A stretch of 64,000 nucleotides of DNA from Hypanus sabinus (taxonomy: Eukaryota): the NCBI RefSeq assembly GCF_030144855.1, contig NW_026780455.1, positions 496,001 to 560,000 on the forward strand, read 5' to 3'. The position numbers and the translations under genes were made by a program. The notes under the pieces are model-generated. The model had not been told where the DNA came from. It did no database searches and saw only the letters and a list, made by a program, of their open reading frames with translations. Below are positions 23,640 through 37,807 of the stretch, piece after piece. The stretch's first letter is position 1. Each line of letters opens with the position of its first letter.

Positions 23640-24500
23640 TCTTCCGCCTGCACAAATAGTGCAGTAGAATCTGGGAGCATGCAGACGGATATCGATTGTT
23701 TAAGCGAAAGTATTACCCTTTAGTCGGACGCAGGACAATGCTGCTAAAGGCGAGGGAAGGAGAAATGGAAGAGCAGAATATTGTTCAGTGAAAATTGATT
23801 GCAGTATGTTGCCATGTGGATGCACTTTAGAGTGTTTGGTCTTCAATCGCAAAAGTTTGGTTTGCAGCAGCAGCAGGCTAACAAGAAGGCAAATGGGATA
23901 TTGTCCTTCATTGCTACAGGGGTGAATTTAAGAGCAGGGAGGTTATGCTGCAACTGCACAGGATACAGATGAGGCGGCTGCTGGAGTACTGTTTGCAGAG
24001 ACAGTCTCCTGACTTGAGGAGCGATTTACTGGCGTTGTGGTCGTTTCCGCATTTTGATTCCAAACATGAGGTGCCGAGACTATATGCGGAGACTGAGTCG
24101 CCCGGAACTGCACACACTGGAATTCAAAAGGATCAGATACGATCTTTTAGCAACATGTAAAAATACGATAGAGATAGGTAAAACAAGGACAGGAAAATTG
24201 TTTCCACTGTTGGTTGAGACTAGAACAGGCCGACGTAGGCAGCAGCTATGGGGAGTGAAATTCGGACGGGAGGAAATGCTTTTCACAGAGCGTGGTGCAA
24301 CTGTGGAATGCTCTGCCCAATGGGGAAGTGGAAATATACTTCAGAAAAGATTAGATATATTTTGCCTACTAGGGGTATTAGGGTTGGTTGGGGTTGGGAG
24401 GCAGTCAGATGGAAATGAGTCTATGGTCAGATCAACCAGGATCATGTTCAATGACGGAACATGGCAGTCCGAACAGATGGACTATTCCGACTAGTATTTC
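23640..24500 (+). mobile_element. Decayed CR1 ORF2 3' fragments in the intron of copy B
   Basis: KKANGILSFI..FKSREVMLQL..LHTLEFKRIR..LFPLLVETRT remnants. Confidence 0.75.
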
Positions 24501-25231
24501 TTCAGAGCTTCTGTTCTAACGTTCTCTCTTGTTTACAGCAGAGGGATGTTGAATTACTGTCACCGTGATAGTTGGTACTTAATCGGTGATTAGTTAATTA
24601 TCACATTCGTGTTTCATGTCCTTCTCCTGACCACAAATATCAGAATACGTTTCAGCCTTCCATTGATATCACTGCTTATCTCATAGGGGTCGGGAGTTGA
24701 ATTCGGTCACTGGAGCACCGAGGATTCTCCGCCATTCCATCACAGCTGAACTATCATCCCTCTCAAACTCATTCTGGGGCCCATTCTCCGTATCCATTGA
24801 CGACCCGACAACTCAAGGGCATATGAATCTCTGCTGCAAATGCTGGCAACGAATTGTTTCCCATTGCCGTCTGTGGCGAGAAATTCCACATATTCACCAG
24901 CCTCGGTCTAAAAAAATTCCCATCCATCTCTGTTCTAAAGTGATGTCTTGCTGTTGTAAATAGTCACCCTCTGGGTGTAGACTCCACAACTACAGAAACT
25001 ATCCTCTCGGCCTTTCAATATTCAATATATTTCAATAAGGTTCCACTCATTATTCGGAACTACAGTATAAACACTGCCCTTTTAATAATGGCGCTGCATA
25101 AACTCCGTAGTAGATACACTGATTCCATGCCCACCTCTGCTCTCGGAAATGCTATCGATTAAATTGATCGTCTTCAGAGAATGTTTCTATATCCAAGTGT
25201 GTGTTAATGGTCTTTATCTCCATCCCCCCAG

Positions 25232-26108
25232 TGAGCGTGGTGACAATCGTCGTTCTGTCGCGGGGACAGTGCGGTCTCTCCAAAGGCGTCACAAGGTACC
25301 TGGTTGCCATGGTAGCAGCGGATCAGTTGGTCGTTCTTTTTGATCTGTTATTGAACAAGGTTCCGATGAGTTACATGCCAATCGAGGTTTTCCTCTGGTC
25401 GAATCGTGTTCCCGTGTGTAATATCCACGCAGTCATGCTCTACGCCGCCACGGACTGTTCTGTCTGGTTCACCGTCACTTTCACCTTTGATCGATTTGTT
25501 GCCATTTGTTTTCAGAACCTGAAACGAAAATACTGCACCGAGAGAGCTGCGGCTCTGGTTTTGGGGACAGTGACTGTGCTGAGCTGCCTAAAGAACATTT
25601 TCTGGTACTTTTTGCTCGTTGGGTCATATTCGATGTCACGTTGGTTCATGCTCTGTTTACGTAGTTTTCGTTTTCCCCCATCTCAGGAGACAATATTTGT
25701 ACTTATTCATTCCCTCCTCACCCCAATATTCCCCTTTGTCTTGATTCTGCTGTTAAACAGCTTAACCATCAGACACGTCTTAGTGGCCAGCCGAACCCGG
25801 AGATGAAGAACCGCAGGCAATCCCTCCTGTTACTGCTGTTGATGTCGGGGAATTTCATCCTGCTGTGGGCGCTGCTGACGGTGTATTCCGTATGGGATAG
25901 CCTGTATTTTTACATTAACGTTTCTCCCCCGGATACTCCTCGGGAACTGGGTTACATGCTTCAACTCCTGAGCTGCTGTTCCAACACGGCTCTTTACGCC
26001 GTGGCCCAAAACAGGTTTAGGATGCAGTTCAAGGAGACAATGAAATCTCCCTTGCGTCTAATGACAAAGTGCGCTCGGCTATGTCAGGAGAGCATTGATC
26101 CTCAGTGA
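25232..26108 (+). pseudogene. GPR139/142-like GPCR copy B, exon 2, frameshifted by a 46-nt deletion in ICL3
   Basis: ccag|tgagc VSVVTIVVLSRGQCGLS..; 877 nt versus 923 nt in copy E; junction at cccgga 25796-25801. Confidence 0.92.
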
Positions 26109-28475
26109 CGCCCCAAGATATCCCATGCGCAGTTCCATTGGGGCTCTGGAAAGCCTCGATTAGCGTCCGCCCTCCACCCGTCCATGTACAAATAGGATCA
26201 AGCAGTGTTCCAGTCTGCCTCCACTCTGCTCCTTCCAGTTTAATTTATTGACGTGTTCCCTGTAATGCATCCCTCAGTTCCACTAAGTGGACGATTCTAC
26301 CGTTACTTGTAGACGATGCCTTTACATCACCATGGCAATACGACCGTTGTCCCCTGCCGGTATTCCGTGCGGCCGGAATGACTGCTCAGGTACGCCTGAT
26401 GTAGCTCCAGCTCTTTCCTCTGGCGCGGGCTATTGATTCCAAAAGCCCCTGCCTTTGAGCCGTTCAGGAAGACTGGATGCAGTGCAACGGATTTCGTGTG
26501 GAGATCTGTCTGCTACCTCGGGAATAATTTAATAAATCGCACTGAGGGAAGTTCACATGATGTTTATTTATTTATTGATTCCCTCGTAGCTTTGCCTTCT
26601 TCATTCTCCGGTTAATTATCTGACTTTCTAGCCACTTCCCGCCGCTGAAGGAAAATAGGTTTCTCCCACAGACTGCTCCTCCAGACCAGGCTGATAGGTT
26701 AATTGGTCATTGTAAATTATCCCATTAGTAGTGTCGCTCGGAACGTGAAGCTTTTCGACAGCAAAGGCCAAACCTTTAGGAATAGACTGGAATTAAGACT
26801 TTTGAGGACTCGTTCCGGTCGGCTGAGACAAGAGACCGAGATGAATTGGATCGCATGGCTTCAAAGAGAATACAGAGGGCAGAGGTGGAGGACTGCCATT
26901 CTGCATGTGACAATTGTTGCGAATGTTCTGGTTTGATTTGGATGAAATGGGCAGGGCTCATAAATACTCTTGGAGACGACACAAACTTGATGGAGTTGTC
27001 GATGATGAGGGAGCCTGGTGAAAGTCCAGCTGGACATGTATCCGGGAAATGGCAGCTTTGTTGTACTAATACCAACTGATAGAATACAATACTGATACAA
27101 TATGACAGTTCGGTCTCGAAAGACAGAGAAATAGGAGAATAAGAAATATCTTTAGGAATATAGAGAAAATGGAGAGAACAAAAAAAGATTTATGCTGAGG
27201 TACCAGAAGAATGTTCCGCTTGGTTGCGTTACGTCCACGCAACATTAGGGAAAGTTTCTCTTACGTGTACGCAACACTGTAAAAGTTTCAGCAGCAATAG
27301 AACACATCTGCAGTCTGGTTCTTCTGTTAACAATCACTATTTTATTGGTAACTACGTAATATAGTAATTTAAACCAGGGAAATCAAGGGTTAGCAGTATT
27401 ATGCATATATAGGTGTGTAAACAAAAAATGTTCCAAAACTTATTCAAGATCAGGTGGCAAGTGTTACAGTCTTACGATTCTATGTAAGAAACTTCTGTTC
27501 AGTTCAAATACACAGAAATTGAAGTGTGAGAGAGGTATTTGTAATCTAAACAAACAGGTGTCGTCGATCTTCCCGTTGTCCTCTGAATCCTCACACGAAT
27601 CATCACTAACAGGAGGTTATCACAAGTCGGACCAACTTCAGGGGATCCACCACCCAGGCAAGGGTGGACACGCCGTTATATTTCACGAGGTTACCCCAAT
27701 CACACACGGGATAGCTACATATCCATATCCACGAACGACGAAATAACTCCAAAAGTGATTTTCCACACGGGAGTGTTCTTCAGTGAACTACCACACCGAG
27801 ACAAGTGGTATATGCGCACATCCTATTCACAAAGCTTTTCCCCTCACCAGAGAACCTACTCCTGCGGATTAACTCTGTGACAAACACACTTTCGTATCCC
27901 AATGGAAATGAACTCACCTTTACCGGCTGCTTGGAGACAGAGTCCAAACAGTGATCTCTTTGTCTCAGGTCTCCTACTGTTAGAAAAATTCTCTACCTCT
28001 CCTCTCTGCAAACTTCTTCTAGTTCCAGCACCCTGTGAGAGTCATTCATTAATACGCTGGATCTACCTCAACTCATCCAGTTGGGCTGCTGAAAGTTTAA
28101 ACAAGCGGCCGAATTACTGGTGACTTCCATTGACTGAAATCATCTTGACTCGGACTGTGTGTCTCTGTGTCCTTGTATATGCTAAAACAAGGAGCAGATA
28201 CATTGTCCATCATTTCCAGCAGAAACAATCCATTGTCCATCAAATAACGCCACCTCTCGCACCACAGTAATATAGCAAATTTTAGAGTCAACAGAAATCC
28301 AGCAGCATCCAGATGTCAGTCTGATTCTCTCGACCTTTTTGAAGTGACAGTCCACAGAAAGAATGAACCCTGGGTGCATGTAACAGTCAAAGCACCTGTC
28401 CGTGCGCAGGTAATTCAGTAACTCTGATGTTTGAGTCACTCATCTGCAAAAATACAAACATAAATTTGTTTTTCG

Positions 28476-28489
28476 TCAGCAGGTGGCAG
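28476..28489 (+). promoter_or_regulatory. CTCF motif, unit B 3' flank
   Basis: tcagcaggtggcag, 1 mismatch to CCASYAGRKGGCRS. Confidence 0.5.
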
Positions 28490-28729
28490 ATTCTGATGCA
28501 AGGATTTTTATGTTGCAACCCAGGGATCGCATTGTCATCACAACGCATGAAGAACAGTCCATAATTAGTGTCCGACAGTGAGTCCTTCCGTGGTTTGTCA
28601 TACATATATATATCTGACTTGGATGTCTGTAAATTGGCTGATCAATATTCTGGCAGATGAAACAAATACATACGTTTACAAACATACACAAAGTGCGGGC
28701 AATTTTCAAGCTATAGATTAAATGCACTC

Positions 28730-30000
28730 TAAACCATAGAACACTACAGCACAGTACAGGCCCTTCAGCCCTCCATGTTGTGCCGACCCATATAATCCTT
28801 TAAAAAAAGTACTAAACCCACACGACCACTTAACCCTCCATTATTCTTTCATCCATGTGCCTGTCCAAGAGGCTCTTAAATGTCCCTAAATATTTAGCCT
28901 CCACCACCATCCCTGTCCAGTCACTCCAGGCACTCACAAACATCTTTATAAAAAACTTACCCCTGATGTCTCCCCTAAACGTCCCTCCCTCAATTTTGTA
29001 CCTATGCCCTTTGGTGTTTGCTATTGGTGCCCTGGGAAACAGGTACTGACTATCCACCCTATCTGTGACTCTTGTAGACCCCTATCAATTCTCTCTCACT
29101 CTTCAACGCTCCAAAGAGAAAAGTTCCAGTCCTGCTAACTTTGTTTCATATGACTCGTTCTCCAAACAAGACAGCATCCTGGGAAATCTCCTCTGCAAAT
29201 CTCCTGTCCATACCTTCCACATCCTTCCTATAATGAGTTGACCTGAATTGAACACAATACTCTAAGTGCGGTCTCACCAGAGATTTGCAGAGTTGCAGCA
29301 TCACCTCTCTACTCTTGAACTCCATCCCTCTGTTAGTGATGCCGAGCATCCCATAGGCCTTCTTAACTACCCTATCAACCTGTGCAGCGAGCTTCAGGGA
29401 TGTAAGGATTTGAACCCCAAGGCCCCTTTGTTCATCCACACTCTTAAGTAACTGACCATTAATCCTGTACTCAGTCTTCTGGTTTGTCCTTCCAAAATGC
29501 ATCACCTCACACTTGTCCGGATTGAACACCATCTGCCATTTTCTGCCCATCATTGCGGCCTATCTATATCCTCTTGTACCCTTCGACAACCTACAGCTCC
29601 ATCCACAACTTCTACAGTCATTGTGTCGTCGGCAAACTTACTCATCCATCCTTCCGCCTCTGCATCCAGGTCATGTACAAAAATCACAAATCGCAGGGGT
29701 CCCAGGACAGATCCCCGCGTCACACCACGTTACCGACCTCCAGGCATATTATTTACTTCCATAACTACCCTGTGAACCAAAGAACCATGGAACATTACAT
29801 CACAGAAACGGGCTTTGGCCTTTCTTGGCTGTGCCGAACCGCTTTTCTGCATAGAGACACTGACGTGCATCTGGGCCATATCCCTCCAAACCCTCTCATC
29901 CATATACCCCTCGAAGTTTTTATCAAATGGTAGAAGTGATCCCGTATTCACCACTTCATATGGCAGCTGATTCCACACTCACACAACTCTCTGAGTGAAG
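28730..30000 (-). mobile_element. Two adjacent CR1 3' fragments
   Basis: Reverse-complement CR1 3' ends at ~28733 and ~29785; RT peptides KWQMVFNPDKCEVMHFGRTN, KFADDT. Confidence 0.85.
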
Positions 30001-31001
30001 AAGACCCCCCATACCAGTGTAGGATAATGCTATGCCTCACACATTTACTGTGATGTTTTATGTATTTCATTTAGCTGTTCGGTCCGAGCAGTCTGTTCTG
30101 CTGGCAGACTGTTTGGATTACTGTTGAAGATAACAAATGCGAGCTATCGAATTGGTATGGTAGAATTAGTGGCAGCTTTTCTGCGGGAGATGAGGAATGA
30201 AGACGCTGGGAGAACGGATTGTAGGATTTAATTGTGTGGCAGTCCCGTTTGTTCGAGATGGATTGCGAGCGACGTTCGTAAGATGTCGTGTGTGTTTTCA
30301 CATTGACCGAGGGACCAGGACGCGAGTTCCAAGAAAGTTCAAGGTGAGATCCAACTTGTGCATATTTGACTGTTTAATTACAATGGGCTTTCTTCTGTTT
30401 GTTCTTCGTTAGAAACACATTAATTAAGTTAAGATTTATACAATAATCCCTTTTAATTGTATGCTGCCCGTTATTCCATGTTACTAATTTGTAACAGGGG
30501 TGCAAATTACACAGCAGTAAAACCAAACGTGGTGGAATCACGACCTATATGTTTCTATATGCCACGAAATGCATTTTCTTGCTAGGATACTCAAAAAATT
30601 CTTAATGGAATGATAAACATGACAGAATCGATGAGAGATCGCACACACAGAGGCGCTCAAGCGGTAAGTGTCAGACGACCGATCTCGTCTGAGCTCTCTC
30701 GTTAACAGGACGCTTTCGAGATTGAAATGGTGCCATCTGGAAGATTTTTCTAAACATGCTGACTGATCGATTATCCTTTCTTAACCCCATTCTCTTCGTT
30801 CTACCCGGGACTTTTGTAACCCTTTCTAAAAAAACAACCTTACAACCTCTGCTTAAAAAATCAGGACAAGCTGACTGGTTTCCATTTATTTCATCACCTG
30901 ATTATATTCTGTGTAACAACACAGCATGAAATCTAGATCTATTTTCTGCGAATTCAATATCTTTAAAAATCATACTCTTCTGGCATACTAACCTGTAAAA
31001 T

Positions 31002-31004
<3 letters not shown>

Positions 31005-31050
<46 letters not shown>
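31005..31050. repeat. (GA)n microsatellite
   Basis: ~23 units. Confidence 0.98.
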
Positions 31051-31053
<3 letters not shown>

Positions 31054-31429
31054 TCACATTGTTTCACTGTGTCTCCACACCGATGAACTGATTGCCAATT
31101 ACCCAGAAAGAGTGTCTTCAACATGATAAACGTCTGAGTCAATGTGTATCCACTGGTTATGAAAGGACAGGAATATAGAAATATTGTGGATTGTCAATGG
31201 GCACCTGGCGAATTTCCTTGCCCTTCTGAGGAACTAAAGAAGTAAGGATGCCGTCCTGACAACGATGCAGCTGGACTTTGCCGATTTTTTTTCTTTTTTT
31301 TCTCTTCAACCAGGGATTTGAATCAGGGTTCAGGATTGCTAATTCAGGTTTAGGAGCAGTTGTGACATCGCAAATGTCAGGTTCGTGAACGAGAGTGGAT
31401 GCCAACACTCGCCGCAACACTGATAAATC

Positions 31430-33860
31430 CTGAACCCAACACGGCCATTTTTCAATTGCTCGGAGTATTCGGAATATTTAGAGCTGTCTAGTGTTGCAGC
31501 TTTCTTGAGAATTATGTAAGTATTTTATCTGTAAGGATAATTTTAAAGCATTTTTGTAGTGACTGCGATGATCCTCTTTATAAATATAATGATTGGAACA
31601 ATATATAGCCTATTACTGTTTCATCCTTTTCCACATTCCTCTTTTAACCCAGACATAGTGTTCACGTCTTCGTTAAGCCGTTATGACATTTGACGTGTAA
31701 AAACACCCTGCATGCCATTTTTTTTTATCAAAAATCGTTTGACTTTTCCTAAAGTGATACAAAATGCGCCATATTGAAAATATATTAAAAATGTATACTT
31801 TTGTACATTCAATATGTTCCGGGTCAAGTTTGACCCGTATATATTGTAATGGGTTTTATATCCACCAGTGTGGTTTGTGGAAATATTAAAACTGTAATAC
31901 TGTATATGCCATGCCTGTGTACATCTTTATGGTCTGCAGTGATAGAGTTCAAGTGAAACCGTGACACTGTAACAAGACCTGCCTGCGTTCGCACCACATT
32001 TGCCCAGGTTCCCACCGAGACAGGCACCTGTTGGTCTTTGCCGTCCCCTTTTTACTTGCAGGTCGCTGTCCTTTCCGCCAGTACATGCTCAGCAACCCAC
32101 GAAAATACGGAATAAAGTTAAGGGTAGCCTGTGATGTACGTTTCAGTTATGCTTGAAATATGGAAGTATGTTAAAGTATGTTATTGGAAGACAGCTGGGG
32201 TAGCCACGGAGCGAAAACAAAGCATGCACGTCGTGTAAGAGATAACGGAAGGGCTAAGAGGACACAACGTTATCTGAGACAACTTCTTGACATCTCCGGA
32301 TCTTGGTCAGGTGCTCCTTAAGTGAAAAATCACAATGGTGGGCACTGTGATTCGGAACGTGCCTGAGCTGCCACTTGCTGTGATTGCAACAAGGGGGAGA
32401 GACGTCTTGTCTTCCAAGTTTGTTTTCACCCATGACACCACAGTTGTCTCGTATATGCACTAGAAGAACACGAATGTCATCCTTATGAGCACAGTACATG
32501 AGCGGGCAGAGGTCAGCGCTCAGGAGGGCAGAAAACCAGCCATCATCCTTGACTACAATGTCAACAAAGGAGGAGTGGACAACCTTGATAACGTAACAGG
32601 CACATACAGCTGCAAGAGGAGAACAGCCCGCTGGCCTCTCGCTATATTCCATAGCATCATTGACATATCGAACTACAACGCCTTTGTCACATGGAGTGAG
32701 TTCACCCCTACCTGGAGGGCAACCAAGAAGAAAAGAAGAAGGTTATTTCTGGAGGATTTTGGCAAGACAACTTTTATGCAAAGGCGACACCACCTTCCCC
32801 GACCAACGGCTTCAGCAGCAGGGTCAGGGCAGTGCCGCGAGCTGAACCTGGTCCTGATCTACAAGAAGTCCCACAAGAAGCCAACACAAGAGGACAGAAG
32901 AGAAGGAGATGCAACTTCTGCTAGGCAAAAAAGAAATACAAAACTGGGACAACTTGCTGCAAATGTGGGTAACTCATATGCAAGGGCCACACACGCTAGG
33001 TATAAGATCACTCCTTTGAATGCGAATACTAATTTTCAAGTAGCATTTTTTTTCTTTGTTGGTTAAATGTTAATTAATGCTGAGATAATAGTTAAAATTT
33101 GTAATTGCATAATAGTTAGAAGGATATTTCATGATCAAGCAGTGCTGACAGTCTTTGATGGTTGCAGCGGTTACAAATGTTTATATAATAAACACTACAT
33201 TTCCGGAATGTTCTTGCCATTTTCAGTATCAACAAACATATTTAATTCATTGTGGTTGTTATGTTTTCATGTCTCAGTTAAAACTGGACATGCTGTTCTG
33301 TGGTAGTAGATGCTATTTCGCCAGAAACGATTCAGAAAAATACTTTCCCTACTCTCTGAAACAATACTTAAGGATTAATCATCCATTTATTAATGTCAGC
33401 TAGGCTGTTCATATATTCTCAAAAGAACTGTCGTTCAAAATATTGTATAGTCACTTGTTATTAGGGGATTCTTAGACCGGTCAAACTTGACCCGGATCAT
33501 ACTGCGAAGAAATAGATTATGAACAGTATGTAAGGGTGAATTCAGAGTATTGTACTGTTTTTAAAACACTGATTTCTGTTTGTTTTGGGTGCTTTCAACG
33601 ACTTTCTATATTGAATAAGTTGTTGTTCTTTGTCTTTCATCTGTTACGATATCCAGACGGTTTTATGGATTGTTCCATCTGTAATTACTGCTCGGTAGTC
33701 ATATAATTTGTTGGAATTTGACACTTGTATTGATTGTCAGCTGTTGTGTCTTTTCTGTTTCTCAGCAGCTGGTGAGACCTCATGTCCGCACATTGCCAAT
33801 CACGCTCATTGCGCATTCTGTCAGAAATTTCAGTCTATCCTGGTGATGTCTAACATCGTG
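31430..33860 (-). mobile_element. R4/Dong-type non-LTR element C-terminal fragment (restriction-like endonuclease), split by a piggyBac insertion
   Basis: Minus strand ..RAVITDGTIH..DIV..; joining the two flanks across TTAA restores ..YSE|LKEE.. followed by ..YIVPI.. and ..KKAATLDSS. Confidence 0.75.
31648..33536 (+). mobile_element. piggyBac (PGBD4-like) DNA transposon, internally deleted, copy 1
   Basis: Left TTAA+cccagacatagtgttc; right gaacagtatgtaaggg+tgaa; subterminal palindromes gggtcaagtttgaccc (~31820) and ggtcaaacttgacccg (~33479); transposase QYM..P.KYGIK, DYNVNKGGVDNLD..RWPLAIF. Confidence 0.9.
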
Positions 33861-33914
33861 GCCTTTCGGTAGTTGTCCATAAACATTACATGCCTACGCC
33901 CTTTACTGTTTGGA

Positions 33915-34260
33915 TGGCGGTGAACAATGGAGTTCCGGAACAATCAGTGTTGGGTCCTCTTCGTATCGCGTTGTACGTCAATGATTTGGATGAAGGATTT
34001 GACATGGTTTGAGACCCACGTGAAGGTAGCTGGAAGGGCAGGTAGTGTTGATGAAGCAGGGTGTTTGCAGACGGAACTAGACAGACTGGAGAAGAGACAA
34101 ATAATTATGAAGGAATATAAGGTAGGTAAGTGCCCAGTCTTGAACTTTGGCAGAGGGAATAATGGCGTGGAGTATTTCATAAATGGAAAGAACACCTGTA
34201 TTGAAAAATCAGAGTTGCAGAGGCTCAGGAAAATCTGCAGATTAAGTCACTGGTGAGACA
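33915..34260 (+). mobile_element. CR1 RT fragment upstream of copy C (homologous pieces upstream of B and D)
   Basis: GVPEQSVLGP..LYVNDLDE..LQTELDRLE; same sequence at 22374-22490 and 46845-46940. Confidence 0.75.
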
Positions 34261-35949
34261 ACAAAATGCATGTTCAAATAGATTTTCAGAGGAGTGGTAT
34301 ATATAAACAACTCATTCGCCATGTAATAAACAGTATACTCTCTGTCTAGGGCTGGACTATTTTAACATAGTTGAGAGCATTAAAACAAGCAGAGGTGCAG
34401 AGCTTTTTGAGAAGATTCACAACATGGAAATGTGCGGAACGTCGGGGAAGCCAAATGCAATGTTAGCATCTTTTTCCAGGGAAATGGTAAAAAAACAAGC
34501 AAATCAGGCTATTAGTCTGTATATTCGTCCTGCTTCCGGCCTCATAATCCCGTTGCACGGGCAGCATATCCAGGGGGGTCCTGAAATTGAACTTAACTGT
34601 TAACTCCCGGAACAGCCAGTACAGGATCTCGTCACTCATAGTACCCATGTCATTGGTAACTCAATGACCAGCGATATCTAGCTGCTCACATACCCATTTA
34701 AGAATACGGAGGACTCGATTTGAAATATCGCTAACGTTGTCGCCCACAGAACTACCGGTCCGCAACCCTAACGAATATCCTATCACCACAGCGTGACTTT
34801 CATGCTGGCCCCCACACTAACATACACTCAAGGACACCACTCAATGACAACGTTCATTCTGTGTCATAGAGACAAAATAATTGCATTAGCGTCCAACTCT
34901 GTGAATGAACACTGTTAGGTGAAACTCAGCGACGGTATCCAAAATTATGCAGGAGATGGCCACATGGGAACTCTGCAACTCTGCCCTGGCCCCTTCAGCC
35001 ATTTCTCCTTCCTGACTGTCACACAGTCTCCTGTTGCCTGCGTCCTGGGTGTAACTCCCTCTCTATATCTCTATTCCATCACACTTCAGCCTCCCAAATG
35101 ATCTGCAGCTCGTCCAGTTCCATCCCCAGCTCATCAACTCGGATTGTCAGCAGATTCATCTGAACGCAGCTCTCGCAGATGTCGTCGTCAGGTTTATCCG
35201 AGTTCTCTATGGCTTCCCAGATACCGCAGGAGGAGCATTCAACTATCCTGCCTGGCATCTCTGTTATCCTATCTGATCAGATATAACGAAGGGAAGGAAA
35301 GGAATTCTTAGCCAAGTGTTTTTTTTTTACTCTTTTCTTTGGCTTCTTTTACTGTAGCTTCCCAGATATGACGCCTCGGTGAGCAGAATCCTGAAGTTGA
35401 CCTGTTTGACCGCTCATTTAGACGATGGCTACTGCATTTGACCCTGCCTTACTCCTGCTGTTCAACTGCAAACGCCGCCTGGACGCTGGTCAAAGCTCTT
35501 CCTTACTTTTACGATCCGCTGTTCCTTTTTATACCCGCGCTGACTCCGAAATCACCCGATGTCCGGATTGGCCGCTGGTTCGAAGCTCTTTTTTTTCCCG
35601 AAAATCATTATTTTACAATAACCTAACGCGATATAATTGTCAATCAACCTACGCAACTCTATTTTTTAAGAAACTTCTAAGTAATATTAATTTTAATCTG
35701 TTTATATCATCATTATTGCTTGCTTGTTCGTTTCTTTGTTTTTGATTTGCTACGTGTATCTTCCTTTCCAGACTTGTTGTAAATCAATGTCTAGCCCTGT
35801 GTCAATAACTTTCTCAATTTTGTGTCAATTTACAGACCCAGCACGCATCCGCGGAGAGCCGACTTCTGGGATTATTAGATACACTTACAATCTGCTTTTG
35901 TATCGCTTCTCTGAGTGTCTGCGAACAAATGGTTAACTACACCTGTCAT

Positions 35950-36040
35950 TCCGTAGAACTTAATGAAGGGATTGTCCGTGGGGATTGATGACGTCACCGC
36001 GGAGGTGTGGCTGCTGGTTCCGGGTTCTATTAGTATGTCT
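35950..36040 (+). promoter_or_regulatory. Promoter cassette of GPCR copy C
   Basis: TAATGA 35961-35966, tccgtgggga 35975-35984, TGACGTCA 35989-35996, ctattagtat. Confidence 0.55.
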
Positions 36041-36157
36041 CCCTCTGAACCCCAGTCTCAGTCAGAGCCATCACTCTGCGCTATCGGAGACCAGCGGGCC
36101 CCAGGTAGAGAGGACAGAGGCTGGATCGGGAACAGGAAAATCTGGAGTATTACACCA

Positions 36158-36332
36158 ATGAATCTGCAAAATGACTCGCGGAACGCTGCGGGATCTGTAA
36201 GGAATATTTTCTGGGGGTATCCATATTTGGATAAAAATCCTAAAATGGTATCGTTTGGCATTCAAATCACTCCGGCGCTTGACACCGTCAAAATGATTTA
36301 CTATCCTGGACTCGCCATTGTAGCTGTTCCTG
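36158..36332 (+). pseudogene. GPR139/142-like GPCR copy C, exon 1
   Basis: MNLQNDSRNAAGS...IYYPGLAIVAVP + G|gtaagt; 175 nt. Confidence 0.85.
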
Positions 36333-37807
36333 GTAAGTGTCCCGTCTCTTCCTCGTGATTCACGTTGAAAAATAACAATCAGCTTCTCTTTCAAACTTGT
36401 CCTCTAAAGACGCGCTAATGGCACGGCAGGTCTCTCAAACCGGTACCGCTTCAGCAACACCAGCGGAGTGAATTACGGACTTTTTCTCTCCAGCTTTGGG
36501 GCTGTCAGCGTCCCGGTTACTTCTCTGTCAGGCAAACGTTATCTGTGTCTCTTCTCATCTCAAGCACTGCACCAAGTGACCTCTCATGCACCATCACTCA
36601 CATCCAAGCATGTTCGAGCTCTCAGAATCTCTCCTCACAGTGAGTGCCTTCAAATCTAGGCAGTATTCTGACAAATTACATCTGCACCCTCCGTGACGCA
36701 TACACATGTCTCCGTTACTTTATGTTCCACAGTCCAATTAGGACATGGTTGGATAATTCATCTATCTCGAATTCTGTTGGAGGGGACTACATCGCTGGAA
36801 TGAATGGATGAATATATAAAGTAATAAATACCTAAAGCCCCACCGGTAAAAGAGAATGAAGTCACGTCGGCATCATTAATACCATGATCGTCCCCAACAC
36901 AAATAGTGCAGTGCCATCTGGGAGCTTGCAGACGGATGTCGATTGTTTAAACGAAAGTATTAGCATGTATGTGGACGGAGCAGTACTCCAGCTGGCGCCT
37001 CAACAGTATCTCGAGCATTTGCAGCAGCAGGCTACAAGAAGGTTATGCTGCAAATGCACGAGGTACTGTAAACGTACGAAAGTAATAGATAACAGAGGAA
37101 CAGGAACGTCTTTTCCACTAATAGGTGAGACTAGAATTAGGGGACATAGGCTGCAGCTTGTGGGGAGTGAATTTAGAACAGAGATGTAGAAGAACTGCAT
37201 TTCCCAGTGAGTTGTTAGTCTGTAGAATTCTCTGCCCAATGAAGAAGTTCCCTAATTCCTTGTGTGAGGTCAAAAGTCAGTAAATCTCAGTAAATATATT
37301 TCAGAAAAAAATTGGATAGATTGTGGCGTAGTAGTAGGGGTATTACGGGCTTTAGAAGGAAAAACCGGACGAATAAAATGCATATCACTCTCTGCTGCAA
37401 ATGGTTCCAACGAACTGACTCACACAGCCATCTGTGACGAGGAATGCCACATATTCACCAGCCTCGGTCGAAACAAATTTATATCCACCTCTGTTCTAAT
37501 GTGAAGTCTTGTAAATCCTCATCTTCTAGTTTCAGATTTCACCACAACAGTAGCTATCGGCTCCACGTCTATGACATGTCGGCCATCCAATATTCGATAG
37601 GTTTCAGTGAGATTCCCCTCATTCTCTTAAACTTCTGAGGTACATTATAGTCACTACTATTTAATAATGGATCCAATTATCTCCTTAGTAGATACATCGA
37701 TTCCGTGTCCATTTCTGCACTTGGAAATGATATCAATTAAAATAGTTGTTTTTAGAGAATATTTCATTCCGAATGTGTGTTAATGGTCTTGATTTCCCTC
37801 CGCACAG

